Shown here: positions 46,780 through 55,159 of the stretch, one piece after another | How the letters are laid out: each line of letters begins with the position of its first letter | How positions within the stretch are numbered: position 1 is the first letter of the stretch | Virus record (IMG/VR): IMGVR_UViG_3300005077_000014 | Span: 1 to 64,000 of that record | Source: a virus | Taxonomy: Duplodnaviria; Caudoviricetes | Direction: 5' to 3' (one strand) | DNA: 64,000 nt | The notes under the pieces: generated by a model | What the model was told of the DNA's origin: nothing | Database searches by the model: none | Seen by the model: the letters and a program-made list of their open reading frames with translations, nothing else | Program-made: the position numbers and the translations under genes

Positions 46780-47713
46780 TCTGTGTGTCTGGCGATTGTG
46801 ATTTTGGTGATTGTGCGCTTGTAATTGCGGGCCGTGTGGCAATGGTTTCAAGCTGTGTCGTCAAGTCAGAAAGAACGCTCCCCACTTTGTCACTGTTAGA
46901 GACAGCCTTTTCAAATATGACCTGCATATTCTCAATGTGCGTTGAAGGCGCACCATCTCCAACCACTCCATTTGAGCTTGTCGGCGGCTTCAACTTCTGA
47001 TGCATGTCAAAAATATCTTTAATCGTCTTGCCGATAGTCTCAAGGTATTTCACGACCACGGGGCTAGGCTGTTCGTCGGCCCGACTCTTCAGGCTCCAAT
47101 ATTCAAACTCATTCCAAAGCTTGTCGAGAAGCTTTTCCTGTTCAGTAATTGGATTGATTGTTGGGCCAGTGTCGTCAGTCGGTTTAAGTTGAATCCCGTC
47201 GGCTGCCTGTATCTCTTCTGGAGACATAGACAACGAGATTTTCATGGGTGTGTCTGTTGCTTTCGCTGTTTGTGGGGCTGGTCCACACAACCTGGAGCCG
47301 TCATCTGGTAGCGCAAAAACAAAAGGCTTTTTGGCAGCTCTGGCCTTTGCCTTTTTCTTCTTGTCCCACTTTTTAACAATCTTCTGTTCGCCATGGACAT
47401 GAGCAAAATAGCGCTTGACTATTCGGTCAATACACTTCCATAAAGGCTTTCTGGGTTTATCTCGAAAGATTCGCCAATCGTCTTGAATCTTACAGGTCAG
47501 AATGGCAGAAATGTCAGCCGTTCCTTCAAGCACTTTAACGAACTTCAATAGGTCAATGGTTTGCTCGGGAGATAGTTTCCGAAGCGTGCTTGAGCCAATT
47601 GCAAGCCGAAAAGCGTCAATCTCTTTTGTTGTGGGCTCAATTGATGGTAAAGTGGTCATGTGGTGTAATGTAATTTTGCGCTTTAATTTTACATAATGAG
47701 GCAACCGGGCCAA
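46769..47713 (-). CDS. Putative terminase small subunit
   Basis: Immediately upstream of and coupled to terL; no diagnostic motif recognised. Confidence 0.45.
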   Translation of the reverse strand: MARLPHYVKLKRKITLHHMTTLPSIEPTTKEIDAFRLAIGSSTLRKLSPEQTIDLLKFVKVLEGTADISAILTCKIQDDWRIFRDKPRKPLWKCIDRIVKRYFAHVHGEQKIVKKWDKKKKAKARAAKKPFVFALPDDGSRLCGPAPQTAKATDTPMKISLSMSPEEIQAADGIQLKPTDDTGPTINPITEQEKLLDKLWNEFEYWSLKSRADEQPSPVVVKYLETIGKTIKDIFDMHQKLKPPTSSNGVVGDGAPSTHIENMQVIFEKAVSNSDKVGSVLSDLTTQLETIATRPAITSAQSPKSQSPDTQNES

Positions 47714-47801
47714 ATTGAAAAAATCACAAAGCTGTATTCCGATGCCTGCGTTTATGGCCCGGATGTCTCAAGCTGAAAATGGCTAAATGGGCAAGTGAAA
47801 G

Positions 47802-47847
47802 TGTTAATTGACAACCTTACGGCTGTTAATTGACAACCTTACGGCTG
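47802..47847. repeat. Exact 22-bp tandem duplication
   Basis: TGTTAATTGACAACCTTACGGC x2, duplicating the stop codon of 47839-48618. Confidence 0.9.
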
Positions 47848-48618
47848 ATTCTTCTCAACGTCCCCCATCAGGGGGCCAAGAACATTTTTTAAAATCCAGG
47901 CACAAGCCACCTGCTCTTTGACCGTCACTTGAACATGGCCAAAGGGAAGCTGGGCTGTTACAATGGCAACCTGAGTGTCGTGATTCGTGTCCAGCTTCGG
48001 GGCTTCCAGGTGTCCATCTCCAGGCTCATACTTGCTGGCATCTGTGGCGCTTACATTGACAACTGGCGCAACAATTGCGCTCTCTTCGTTTACGCTCTCT
48101 TCCTTTTCGTTCATTGCGACAATCTCCCTTTCTGTAGTAATTGTGGCTGGCTCAGCCAAATCTGAAGACGTGACAATTGATTCGGGTGTCGTTAAAGGCC
48201 ATGTCTCTGATTTTGTTAAAGCGTGGGACTCTTGTTGCACAGAAGACTCAATTAGCTGGGCGTCCAACTGAACATCGGCCCGGTTTTCTTCTGTTGGCTC
48301 GCCATGCACAGGCATTGGTTCAGATTCAACGGGCTCAAGTTCAACGGGACTAGGTTCAACAGGCTCGGCAGGCTCAACCGTTTCGATTTCGATTGCTTCG
48401 GTTGTCTCAACCGTTTCAAGCTCCACTAGCGTTTCTTGGGCCACTAGCTCAAGTGGCAAGTCCGCTGGTTCAGCAAGTGGTTCTGGTGGGACTGGTTCAC
48501 TCAGCGTATCTACTGGCTCAGTCAATGTGTCCACTGGCTCGCCAACAACATCAATTTCACCGTTCGCTTGCACGCCACCATCATCAACGCCACCATCGCC
48601 GTCCACTTTCCTAAACAT
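47839..48618 (-). CDS. Highly acidic, EPV-repeat low-complexity protein
   Basis: EPVDTLTEPVDTLSEPVPPEPLAEP...EPAEPVEPSPVELEPVESEP. Confidence 0.65.
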   Translation of the reverse strand: MFRKVDGDGGVDDGGVQANGEIDVVGEPVDTLTEPVDTLSEPVPPEPLAEPADLPLELVAQETLVELETVETTEAIEIETVEPAEPVEPSPVELEPVESEPMPVHGEPTEENRADVQLDAQLIESSVQQESHALTKSETWPLTTPESIVTSSDLAEPATITTEREIVAMNEKEESVNEESAIVAPVVNVSATDASKYEPGDGHLEAPKLDTNHDTQVAIVTAQLPFGHVQVTVKEQVACAWILKNVLGPLMGDVEKNQP

Positions 48619-48619
48619 T

Positions 48620-49045
48620 TCACTTCCCCCTCAATTTCGCCATGGCAAGTTCAAACAGAAGCCGGCCAGCATGTTCAGGCAAATCAGGGAACAGCCCCTT
48701 GAATTGAGCAATGATGCTGTTGCGTGCCGTCTCGTCACAAATCAACAACTCAAACGATTTACCGGCAAGCAACGATTCCATTCTGTCAAGGTGCTCTGCC
48801 CTAATACCAAGCTTGTTCAAGACAACCCCAGCCTCCAACAAAATCCGACACAACCAATCGGGAACGTTAATCCCCCACATTCCAAGGTTTCGCAACACGT
48901 AGTCACGCCTTGCAGCCTCACTGCCAAGACTGTTTGCCGAATCAACAACCTGTATCACGTCTCCAATGCGGTCCACGATTTCAGAAAGCAACCTCGGCAA
49001 CATCCACCAAAACAAACGCATAACCATTGGCACAAACCAAGTCAT
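48620..49045 (-). CDS. Hypothetical protein
   Basis: 141 aa, hydrophobic N-terminus, coupled to the next gene. Confidence 0.55.
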   Translation of the reverse strand: MTWFVPMVMRLFWWMLPRLLSEIVDRIGDVIQVVDSANSLGSEAARRDYVLRNLGMWGINVPDWLCRILLEAGVVLNKLGIRAEHLDRMESLLAGKSFELLICDETARNSIIAQFKGLFPDLPEHAGRLLFELAMAKLRGK

Positions 49046-49341
49046 CTTAATACCCCCAGACGCGGCAACACTCGATCACAGATAGCAAGTCCGGGCAGAG
49101 GCCCCAGGGAAGGAATGTGAGACTGGCAATTTGCAGTAAGCGCCTGGACAGGATTGAAGTTGCAGTAAAGATCAGACTCGCTATCAATTAAAAAACGAGG
49201 CGCTATGAGGATCGTTGATTTCATGAGGTTGCCGCGAAAAGTAATGAAACAGCCAAGCTGTAAACAGCGAAACAGTAACCAGTCAAAACAACACAAGAAA
49301 GTTTCATTTGTTAACCAAAACGTCAAATCAATTGCTTGCAA
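49042..49341 (-). CDS. Possible small hypothetical protein (likely start near MKSTILIAPR)
   Basis: Stop overlaps the next ATG (ATGA); otherwise unsupported. Confidence 0.3.
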   Translation of the reverse strand: MQAIDLTFWLTNETFLCCFDWLLFRCLQLGCFITFRGNLMKSTILIAPRFLIDSESDLYCNFNPVQALTANCQSHIPSLGPLPGLAICDRVLPRLGVLR

Positions 49342-49451
49342 CCCCTTCTAATTTACCAAAAAGGTAAAGTCAAGGACAAATTTTGTTGACAGGAAGCCGG
49401 TTTTATGGTTTGCCTGAAAACCGACAAACCAAACCTAAATCCTTCCTCATG

Positions 49452-49479
49452 GCCCGTTCATAAATGACGGGCATTTTTT
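49452..49479 (+). terminator. Plus-strand terminator facing against the terminase operon
   Basis: GCCCGT...ACGGGC hairpin followed by ATTTTTT. Confidence 0.6.
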
Positions 49480-49548
49480 GCGTGGAGAATGGAGTGAGAT
49501 ATATGGGTGAGCGTGTGGGTGTTGATTAATTTGGTGGAGACGGCGGGT

Positions 49549-49746
49549 CTACTTATCGCCCCCCTCTTTGCGCTCCTCTTTCAGACAGACAACGCGTATC
49601 CACGAACTCACCGAGAGACCGGCGCTCTCGGCTGCATTTTTTACGCGCGCATATTCTTCGTCGGTTAAATAAACAGACACATCATTCTTTTTTGCTTTTC
49701 GCCTTGACGTTGCACCATTAGTTGATTTTATTGGCATTATAATCAC
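49549..49746 (-). CDS. Ribbon-helix-helix regulator (CopG/MobC-like)
   Basis: DVSVYLTDEEYARVKNAAESAGLSVSSWIR. Confidence 0.8.
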   Translation of the reverse strand: MIIMPIKSTNGATSRRKAKKNDVSVYLTDEEYARVKNAAESAGLSVSSWIRVVCLKEERKEGGDK

Positions 49747-49784
49747 TTAGCCTTTACAGACAAACAAATCGAACTCACACGCCC

Positions 49785-49857
49785 AAATTACCCCTAAAAC
49801 AATATCATGTCAACCCCAAAATTAATTATTGACATAGGGGTATTTTGGGGGTATCTT
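49785..49857. promoter_or_regulatory. Divergent sigma70-like promoter pair with symmetric operator-like sites
   Basis: Plus TTGACA (49829) -17- TATCTT (49852); minus TTGACA (49813-49808) -17- TAATTT; inverted TACCCCTA/TAGGGGTA and ACCCCAAAAT/ATTTTGGGGG. Confidence 0.65.
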
Positions 49858-49902
49858 GTAATTATAAAGGACATGGAAAAGAGAAAGGGAAAGGGAAAGA
49901 CA

Positions 49903-50154
49903 ATGAGCGCAACAACAAACAATACCCACACGAGCACACAAGCCCCTCATTACCTTCTCTCTGGCCCACAAATTCGCCAAATGGCAACCGACAAGGCCGA
50001 TGTGCTCTATATCCTTTCCACATGCAACCCAAAATGGAAAGTGAGACTGTATGAGTATATCGAAGATAACGAGCAATTCCGGACAAGTGAAGCTGTGCCG
50101 GTCCTGAGAGCAGACACGACGGTTGAGAAACTGATGAAGATGTTGGAGAAATGA
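49903..50154 (+). CDS. Hypothetical protein
   Basis: First gene after the plus-strand promoter; ATG 49903 or 49873. Confidence 0.55.
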   Translation: MSATTNNTHTSTQAPHYLLSGPQIRQMATDKADVLYILSTCNPKWKVRLYEYIEDNEQFRTSEAVPVLRADTTVEKLMKMLEK

Positions 50155-50164
50155 GGGGAAACAA

Positions 50165-50374
50165 ATGAGTTGTTATTGGTGGATGGACAACAAAGGGGAT
50201 ATACATCGAACTCGACCCAACGCCCCAGCCGCTCCACAAGAAGCGGTCGCCACATGGCGCTCTGGATGGGGAAGTGTTGCAACTGGACGCGCACCATGGA
50301 GACCGTGGTTATTGTCGGAGTGGCGAAAAGCAGCAAAAAAACAACTTAATGGAACAGCCCAAGTGGGCCAATAA
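50165..50374 (+). CDS. Hypothetical W-rich protein
   Basis: RBS GAGGGG. Confidence 0.5.
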   Translation: MSCYWWMDNKGDIHRTRPNAPAAPQEAVATWRSGWGSVATGRAPWRPWLLSEWRKAAKKQLNGTAQVGQ

Positions 50375-50404
50375 TAGCTCACAAAAAAAGCGCGGAGCAC
50401 TCCC

Positions 50405-50632
50405 ATGAACACACAGTTACCCCATAACCCTTTTACCGACGCCACTTTCACCCAAACGCAACAAGCGGCATACGCTCGTTATGTCCAGCTAATGAATCAG
50501 CGTCAACTCGGCATCACAACACCCGATGATGACTTTCACGACGACATGGCCCGCTGCTATTTCAGAGCCGCAGGAATACCCGACGAACTGAAAGAGAATG
50601 AAAAGTTTATGAGCTGGTGGAGGGAAGAATAG
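50405..50632 (+). CDS. Hypothetical protein
   Basis: RBS GGAG. Confidence 0.55.
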   Translation: MNTQLPHNPFTDATFTQTQQAAYARYVQLMNQRQLGITTPDDDFHDDMARCYFRAAGIPDELKENEKFMSWWREE

Positions 50633-50648
50633 AAAGAGGCGTGGAAAA

Positions 50649-50810
50649 ATGACAGCCAAAGAAATGGTCAAAAGAATACTCGCGCTTCCAGAAGAACAAC
50701 AAAACCTTCCAGTGAAATACTATGATGAATATTACTGGAAAGATGTTGAGGCGATTTCTTTAGAAGACAAATGGGACGGCCACGAACCATTTATAGCAAT
50801 AGACCGCTAA
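50649..50810 (+). CDS. Hypothetical 53-aa protein
   Basis: MTAKEMVKRILALPEEQQNLPVKYYDEY...; below the track cutoff, fills the gap. Confidence 0.5.
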   Translation: MTAKEMVKRILALPEEQQNLPVKYYDEYYWKDVEAISLEDKWDGHEPFIAIDR

Positions 50811-50832
50811 CAACAGAAAGGAAGCGTCACCT

Positions 50833-51438
50833 ATGTCCATCACACATCCCCACATCTTCCAAATCCCATGGCAATCGCTCGGCTCTGGCCGGCCAATCAT
50901 TCCATATGCCCGCGTTTACATCGAGGCCATACTTGCGCTGAAAGGAAAAGAAAACCACAGCGACGACACCAACGCCATTGCCCCCATCCACATTCTCGAA
51001 ATCGGCACATTCGACGGCTGCTCGGCCCGCATCATGTATGAGACACTTGACCGACACTTCTCATTCTTCAAACTAACACTCATTGAGCCAGAAATCAGAG
51101 AAGCGGCACTCGAACTCACCGACATGAAGCCATCCATTCAGTTCATCCAAGCTTACGCTGAAAACGTGGCGCATCTCTTCCCAGACAACCATTTCGACCT
51201 GATGCACATCGACATGTCGCCCCACTCATTCGAGCAACATGTCACAGTCCACGACCTATACTGGCAGAAGCTCAAACCTAGACACTCCATGATTATCCAC
51301 GATTACGACGCAACGTATGGCACATATCGATTCGTCAATGAAGTGCTCGGCAAAAGCAGCCAGTGGCACATCATGCACATTGAGGCGAGACCTGAAAGCC
51401 CAACAACAAGGCCAGTGGTCGTGAGAAGGATGTATTAA
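50833..51438 (+). CDS. Class I SAM methyltransferase (Methyltransf_24-like)
   Basis: ILEIGTFDGCSARI, FDLMHIDM, IIHDY. Confidence 0.85.
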   Translation: MSITHPHIFQIPWQSLGSGRPIIPYARVYIEAILALKGKENHSDDTNAIAPIHILEIGTFDGCSARIMYETLDRHFSFFKLTLIEPEIREAALELTDMKPSIQFIQAYAENVAHLFPDNHFDLMHIDMSPHSFEQHVTVHDLYWQKLKPRHSMIIHDYDATYGTYRFVNEVLGKSSQWHIMHIEARPESPTTRPVVVRRMY

Positions 51439-51439
51439 A

Positions 51440-51934
51440 ATGGCAAGAAAACCAATAGACACCACAGAACGCATCGCCATAGCAAACAGCGCCCTGCAAA
51501 CATTCGCCCACTCGATTGAGCTCTATCGGGGGACACACGAGCTTAGAATCCGCTGGGATATTCGCCAAGAAAAATGCGCTGACGACTATCCAGCTCGCCT
51601 ACGCGGTGACGGGACATGGCCTAAATACGGTTACTACCGATACCCAACAGGCGGGACAGGCCAACAGGCAATCGCCCAGTTGATTCGCTACATCCGAGAC
51701 CTTAACCGGTTGCCAATCGACACATGGAAATACTGGGCAAGTGACACAGTCAAGCTGTGCAATTCTCAAACAGTGGAAATCCTGCAAAACTCTGACTATG
51801 GGAACCCAAAGAAGACTCGCTGCGTGTTGTGTGGCTCAACAGAATTCAAGCCTGGACTCGATTGGTGGAGCCTTAATGGACTCACCGGCCCCTGTTGTTG
51901 GGGTGGAAAATGCAAGCACACAAAGGAACCATAA
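51440..51934 (+). CDS. Hypothetical protein with C-terminal Cys motifs
   Basis: CVLC...CCWGGKC. Confidence 0.6.
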   Translation: MARKPIDTTERIAIANSALQTFAHSIELYRGTHELRIRWDIRQEKCADDYPARLRGDGTWPKYGYYRYPTGGTGQQAIAQLIRYIRDLNRLPIDTWKYWASDTVKLCNSQTVEILQNSDYGNPKKTRCVLCGSTEFKPGLDWWSLNGLTGPCCWGGKCKHTKEP

Positions 51935-51938
51935 CCCC

Positions 51939-52208
51939 ATGCCCCACTGGAAAAACAAACTCGACATCTCTCCCCATTGGCAAAAAGCAAAAGAGCGCAC
52001 AATCTCCCCACAAGAGCTTGCCTCGTTCATTGCCGCCAAAATCACAAAGCTCCACCACTACACCACAAACGAAGAGCTGCAGACGGTCCACGACATATTC
52101 ATCGGTCTCTCAGAAGACGAAGACGCCGACTGGAACGATATTGACATCGCCATGCAAGAGTTATACGACTGGGGAGATGTCGGTTATAGATGCTGGATAA
52201 AGACGTGA
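51939..52208 (+). CDS. Hypothetical protein
   Basis: MPHWKNKLDIS...; ATG 51939 inside a longer track ORF. Confidence 0.55.
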   Translation: MPHWKNKLDISPHWQKAKERTISPQELASFIAAKITKLHHYTTNEELQTVHDIFIGLSEDEDADWNDIDIAMQELYDWGDVGYRCWIKT

Positions 52209-52253
52209 CGTGGTAGATAAACGACAAACAGGAAGGCAAACAGGGACACCATC

Positions 52254-52610
52254 ATGATTCTCAACATCGCAGACCTCGTGAACCCTGAAACCGGGAACAC
52301 ATACAGACAAGACAACATGGCCAAGAAACACACAATCCCCATTGGCTCATTAGTTGAAATTGTCCACAACCCAATACCCGGCATAAAAGATGACCCTGAA
52401 GACCTTCTCGAAATCGGCATTCGCCTTCATGTTGTTGCCCACACAAGAGACTGCGACGGAACACCTCTTTATTCCCTTGGGATTTATGGGAATGAAGGCG
52501 ACCTGTGTGTCATGGGTGACGTGACGCTGAAGGCTGGAAGATTCAGCCCGAGGATCCTTCAAACCTTCCATGGATATGGCGAAGAGCAACTGAAACTTAT
52601 TGAAAGGTAA
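52254..52610 (+). CDS. Hypothetical protein
   Basis: KHTIPIGSLVE...HTRDCDGTPLY. Confidence 0.6.
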   Translation: MILNIADLVNPETGNTYRQDNMAKKHTIPIGSLVEIVHNPIPGIKDDPEDLLEIGIRLHVVAHTRDCDGTPLYSLGIYGNEGDLCVMGDVTLKAGRFSPRILQTFHGYGEEQLKLIER

Positions 52611-52612
52611 AA

Positions 52613-52930
52613 ATGTCACTCCTCGAAGACATGATATCAGACTTCAAAAGCACGGTTGACGCAACAGTCAAAGTCCAAACTGCCAAAGTCGAACAACTTG
52701 AAGCCGACCTGTCCACAGCAACTCGCATCATCGCCCACCTTGCCCAACAAGCCGGCTGCTCGGTTGACATTCCATCCAGCGTCATCAACACAACAGACAG
52801 CGACATCATCACCAACTCACACCACAACATCGAGAAAGATTGCATCACCATCACAGTGAAGAAACGGGGCGAGACAACGGTGAGTTTTCGAGATATAATC
52901 AACAAAGACAGAGACAATAAAAAGGATTGA
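52613..52930 (+). CDS. Hypothetical coiled-coil protein
   Basis: RBS AAGG, operon packing. Confidence 0.55.
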   Translation: MSLLEDMISDFKSTVDATVKVQTAKVEQLEADLSTATRIIAHLAQQAGCSVDIPSSVINTTDSDIITNSHHNIEKDCITITVKKRGETTVSFRDIINKDRDNKKD

Positions 52931-52933
52931 TCC

Positions 52934-53191
52934 ATGAAAGACTATTACTTCATATGCAAAGACTGCGGATATCCAAGCATTAATCCTGGATGGAAAATCG
53001 AAGGGAAGTGGCAATCCCCAGTCTGTAATAATTGTGGCGGCTATTCACTAGACAGGGTGTTTGAGGAAAACAAAGACAAACCCCCAACACACGACACACA
53101 GGAGACGTCGAGCGTTCCCCCACCAAAAAGGGAAGCGCCCCCATCAAAGAGAAGGGAACAACCGATAAAAGAAAGCGGAGACAAGCCATGA
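52934..53191 (+). CDS. Zn-ribbon protein
   Basis: CKDC...CNNC. Confidence 0.6.
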   Translation: MKDYYFICKDCGYPSINPGWKIEGKWQSPVCNNCGGYSLDRVFEENKDKPPTHDTQETSSVPPPKREAPPSKRREQPIKESGDKP

Positions 53192-53580
53192 ACGAACACG
53201 AATCAAAACTCTACTCCCTACGCACCATGCCCTGTCGCCACACAATCAACTTCCCAACCTTCCCGCCAACCAGCTATGTCAACTGGAACACACTGCATCA
53301 CGCTTGGCCACAAACCCACTGGTATCCAGAAGGCTATGGACTGATTGAGACAATAGATGCGCCACAAACACAACTCAACCGCTTATTCCAACAAGCGCTC
53401 AACCAAATTGATGACCGACTCCCCGACAACGTGGTCATTCTGGGCAAGCCAACCGGCAGCCATTTCGTCATCGTCTATTTCATGGACAACCAACACGAAA
53501 CGTTCAACGGGACCTACGAAGAGTTGGTTAAATATCTACAAAGGCAAAGACGAGAAAAGAAACTGAGGGTGGTGAAATGA
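53188..53580 (+). CDS. Hypothetical protein
   Basis: ATGA overlaps on both sides. Confidence 0.55.
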   Translation: MNEHESKLYSLRTMPCRHTINFPTFPPTSYVNWNTLHHAWPQTHWYPEGYGLIETIDAPQTQLNRLFQQALNQIDDRLPDNVVILGKPTGSHFVIVYFMDNQHETFNGTYEELVKYLQRQRREKKLRVVK

Positions 53581-53945
53581 TGCTTGAACCAGAAACAACA
53601 GACTATGTGCGGCTTCACTTTACATTCCAATCCATCCTTGCCAAAATCATTACATACGAAGACTGGCGCACCACCACTATCCATCAAATGAAACTCGCAA
53701 TGTTGCAACCCACACTACAACCCATCATCGACAAAATAAATCTCGACCTGGATATCGCCGGCAACGTCGTTATTTGTGGCGGGAGAATCCTGCCCCCAAA
53801 CGAAATACGAGACAAACTAATGAGCAACAAAAAGTGGATACCCAAAACAACAAAGTCAACCGCAGACAACAAAAACAAGGTTGGCTCGCCCCACAAAAAG
53901 CAACGAGCATTCCGAAAACAGAAAAACAGGAGCTTCTATTCATAA
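53577..53945 (+). CDS. Hypothetical protein
   Basis: ATGA overlap upstream. Confidence 0.55.
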   Translation: MMLEPETTDYVRLHFTFQSILAKIITYEDWRTTTIHQMKLAMLQPTLQPIIDKINLDLDIAGNVVICGGRILPPNEIRDKLMSNKKWIPKTTKSTADNKNKVGSPHKKQRAFRKQKNRSFYS

Positions 53946-53986
53946 ACATCCACACAACACAAAACGCCACACCAAAAGGACACCCC

Positions 53987-54277
53987 ATGAAATCCCGACA
54001 ATCTCACCGTCGCAAAATCAATCGAAAGAAAACTCGCTCCTTCTTTAATCGCTGGCAATCAAAAATACCAAAGCGACTCACACCCGAGAACGTCAGACGA
54101 GCCATAGACAGCGCCACAGAGACAGACACACTGTGTCCCGAACTTGCCATTGTGCCCATGTCTCCCGATACCCAGCCCGACTTCGACATCAACGAAATAA
54201 CCCGTCTCTCATCTCTCCCATACTGGCAACTCACAGGCTGGCCAAACAACGAGCGGGACGACGACACTCCCCAGTAA
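53987..54277 (+). CDS. Hypothetical basic protein
   Basis: ATG 53987 after AAGGA. Confidence 0.5.
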   Translation: MKSRQSHRRKINRKKTRSFFNRWQSKIPKRLTPENVRRAIDSATETDTLCPELAIVPMSPDTQPDFDINEITRLSSLPYWQLTGWPNNERDDDTPQ

Positions 54278-54454
54278 CAAACCAAACGCCCCTGCTCACC
54301 CGGCCGCTCATCCCATCACACCCATCCATGCGATAAATGTGGGCAGATATGGTGAGATAGCTCAGCAACCCCTTACTAGCCACATTTTGTCATCGCGTGC
54401 CTTGCAAAATGCAAGGTCAGTTTTCCTACATTTCGGTATGATTTGAAACTCATA

Positions 54455-54500
54455 ACCTACCATTATGTAGGAATTGGTGATTCCATACATAATGGTAGGT
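54455..54500. repeat. Long inverted repeat (hairpin/cruciform)
   Basis: Perfect 15-bp arms ACCTACCATTATGTA / TACATAATGGTAGGT plus inner GGAAT/ATTCC. Confidence 0.9.
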
Positions 54501-54537
54501 TTGTGGGGGGATTACACCCGCGCTCATGCGCCCCCAG

Positions 54538-54578
54538 CTGTCAACTTTCTTTACACCTGTCAACTTTCTTTACACCTG
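54538..54578. repeat. Exact 19-bp tandem duplication
   Basis: CTGTCAACTTTCTTTACAC x2 plus CTG. Confidence 0.9.
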
Positions 54579-54636
54579 ATATGTCGTAAATTGGACACTC
54601 CTACCATTTGGTAGGTTTTTCATTTGAGCACTGCCC

Positions 54637-54665
54637 TTGTAATGCAGTGCTTGTGCTGGTATAAT
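54637..54665 (+). promoter_or_regulatory. Sigma70-like promoter with extended -10
   Basis: TTGTAA -17- TATAAT preceded by TGn; no credible plus-strand gene downstream. Confidence 0.6.
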
Positions 54666-54705
54666 TGCCATATTATTATTCTTTTTCTTTTTCGTTCTCG
54701 TTGGC

Positions 54706-54723
54706 GTTAACGTTTCGTTAACA
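54706..54723 (-). repeat. Remote copy of the attP arm motif
   Basis: Reverse complement TGTTAACGAAACGTTAAC, identical to 3989-4006. Confidence 0.85.
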
Positions 54724-55159
54724 TTGTGGCTGGTGTTCGAGGCATTGACTGGTTAACAGAAGCCAGCCCCTGAAACATTGGGAGTCCCAGAATCCCAAAC
54801 GACTGGACCACTGGCCGGGTCTTTGTAGCTGGTGGAAAATTTGTGAGACATTTTGGCGACATATCGTGTTTTTGTTCATTGATGGATGTGTGTTGTTTGA
54901 CATTGAGACATGTGGCGACGTTCATTGAGACGATTGACGAGAGCCGTTGACGTGATTGCCTGCGCAGTTTTGTTGCTCCACACTTTCAGGCTTCGCCATT
55001 TGCCCATACAGCGATTTTTTTTGACGAGGAATAGGAAAGTGTGTTTTGTTTTTTGGAAAGCAGAAACACGCCTTTTTGTTCGTTTAGAGTTATGTGCGCG
55101 TGGGTTGTCTTTAATGAGTGTGAGTTGTCTTTAATGGCTGTGTGGTCTTTTGTCATTTT

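Noticed and set aside
54351-54380. tRNA-like start GGTGAGATAGCTCAG
   Set aside because: No D-stem complement, anticodon arm or TTC loop follows
54707-55134. Short ORFs in the origin region (54707-54925, 54718-54903, 54910-55134)
   Set aside because: No RBS, atypical composition, and overlap with repeat elements
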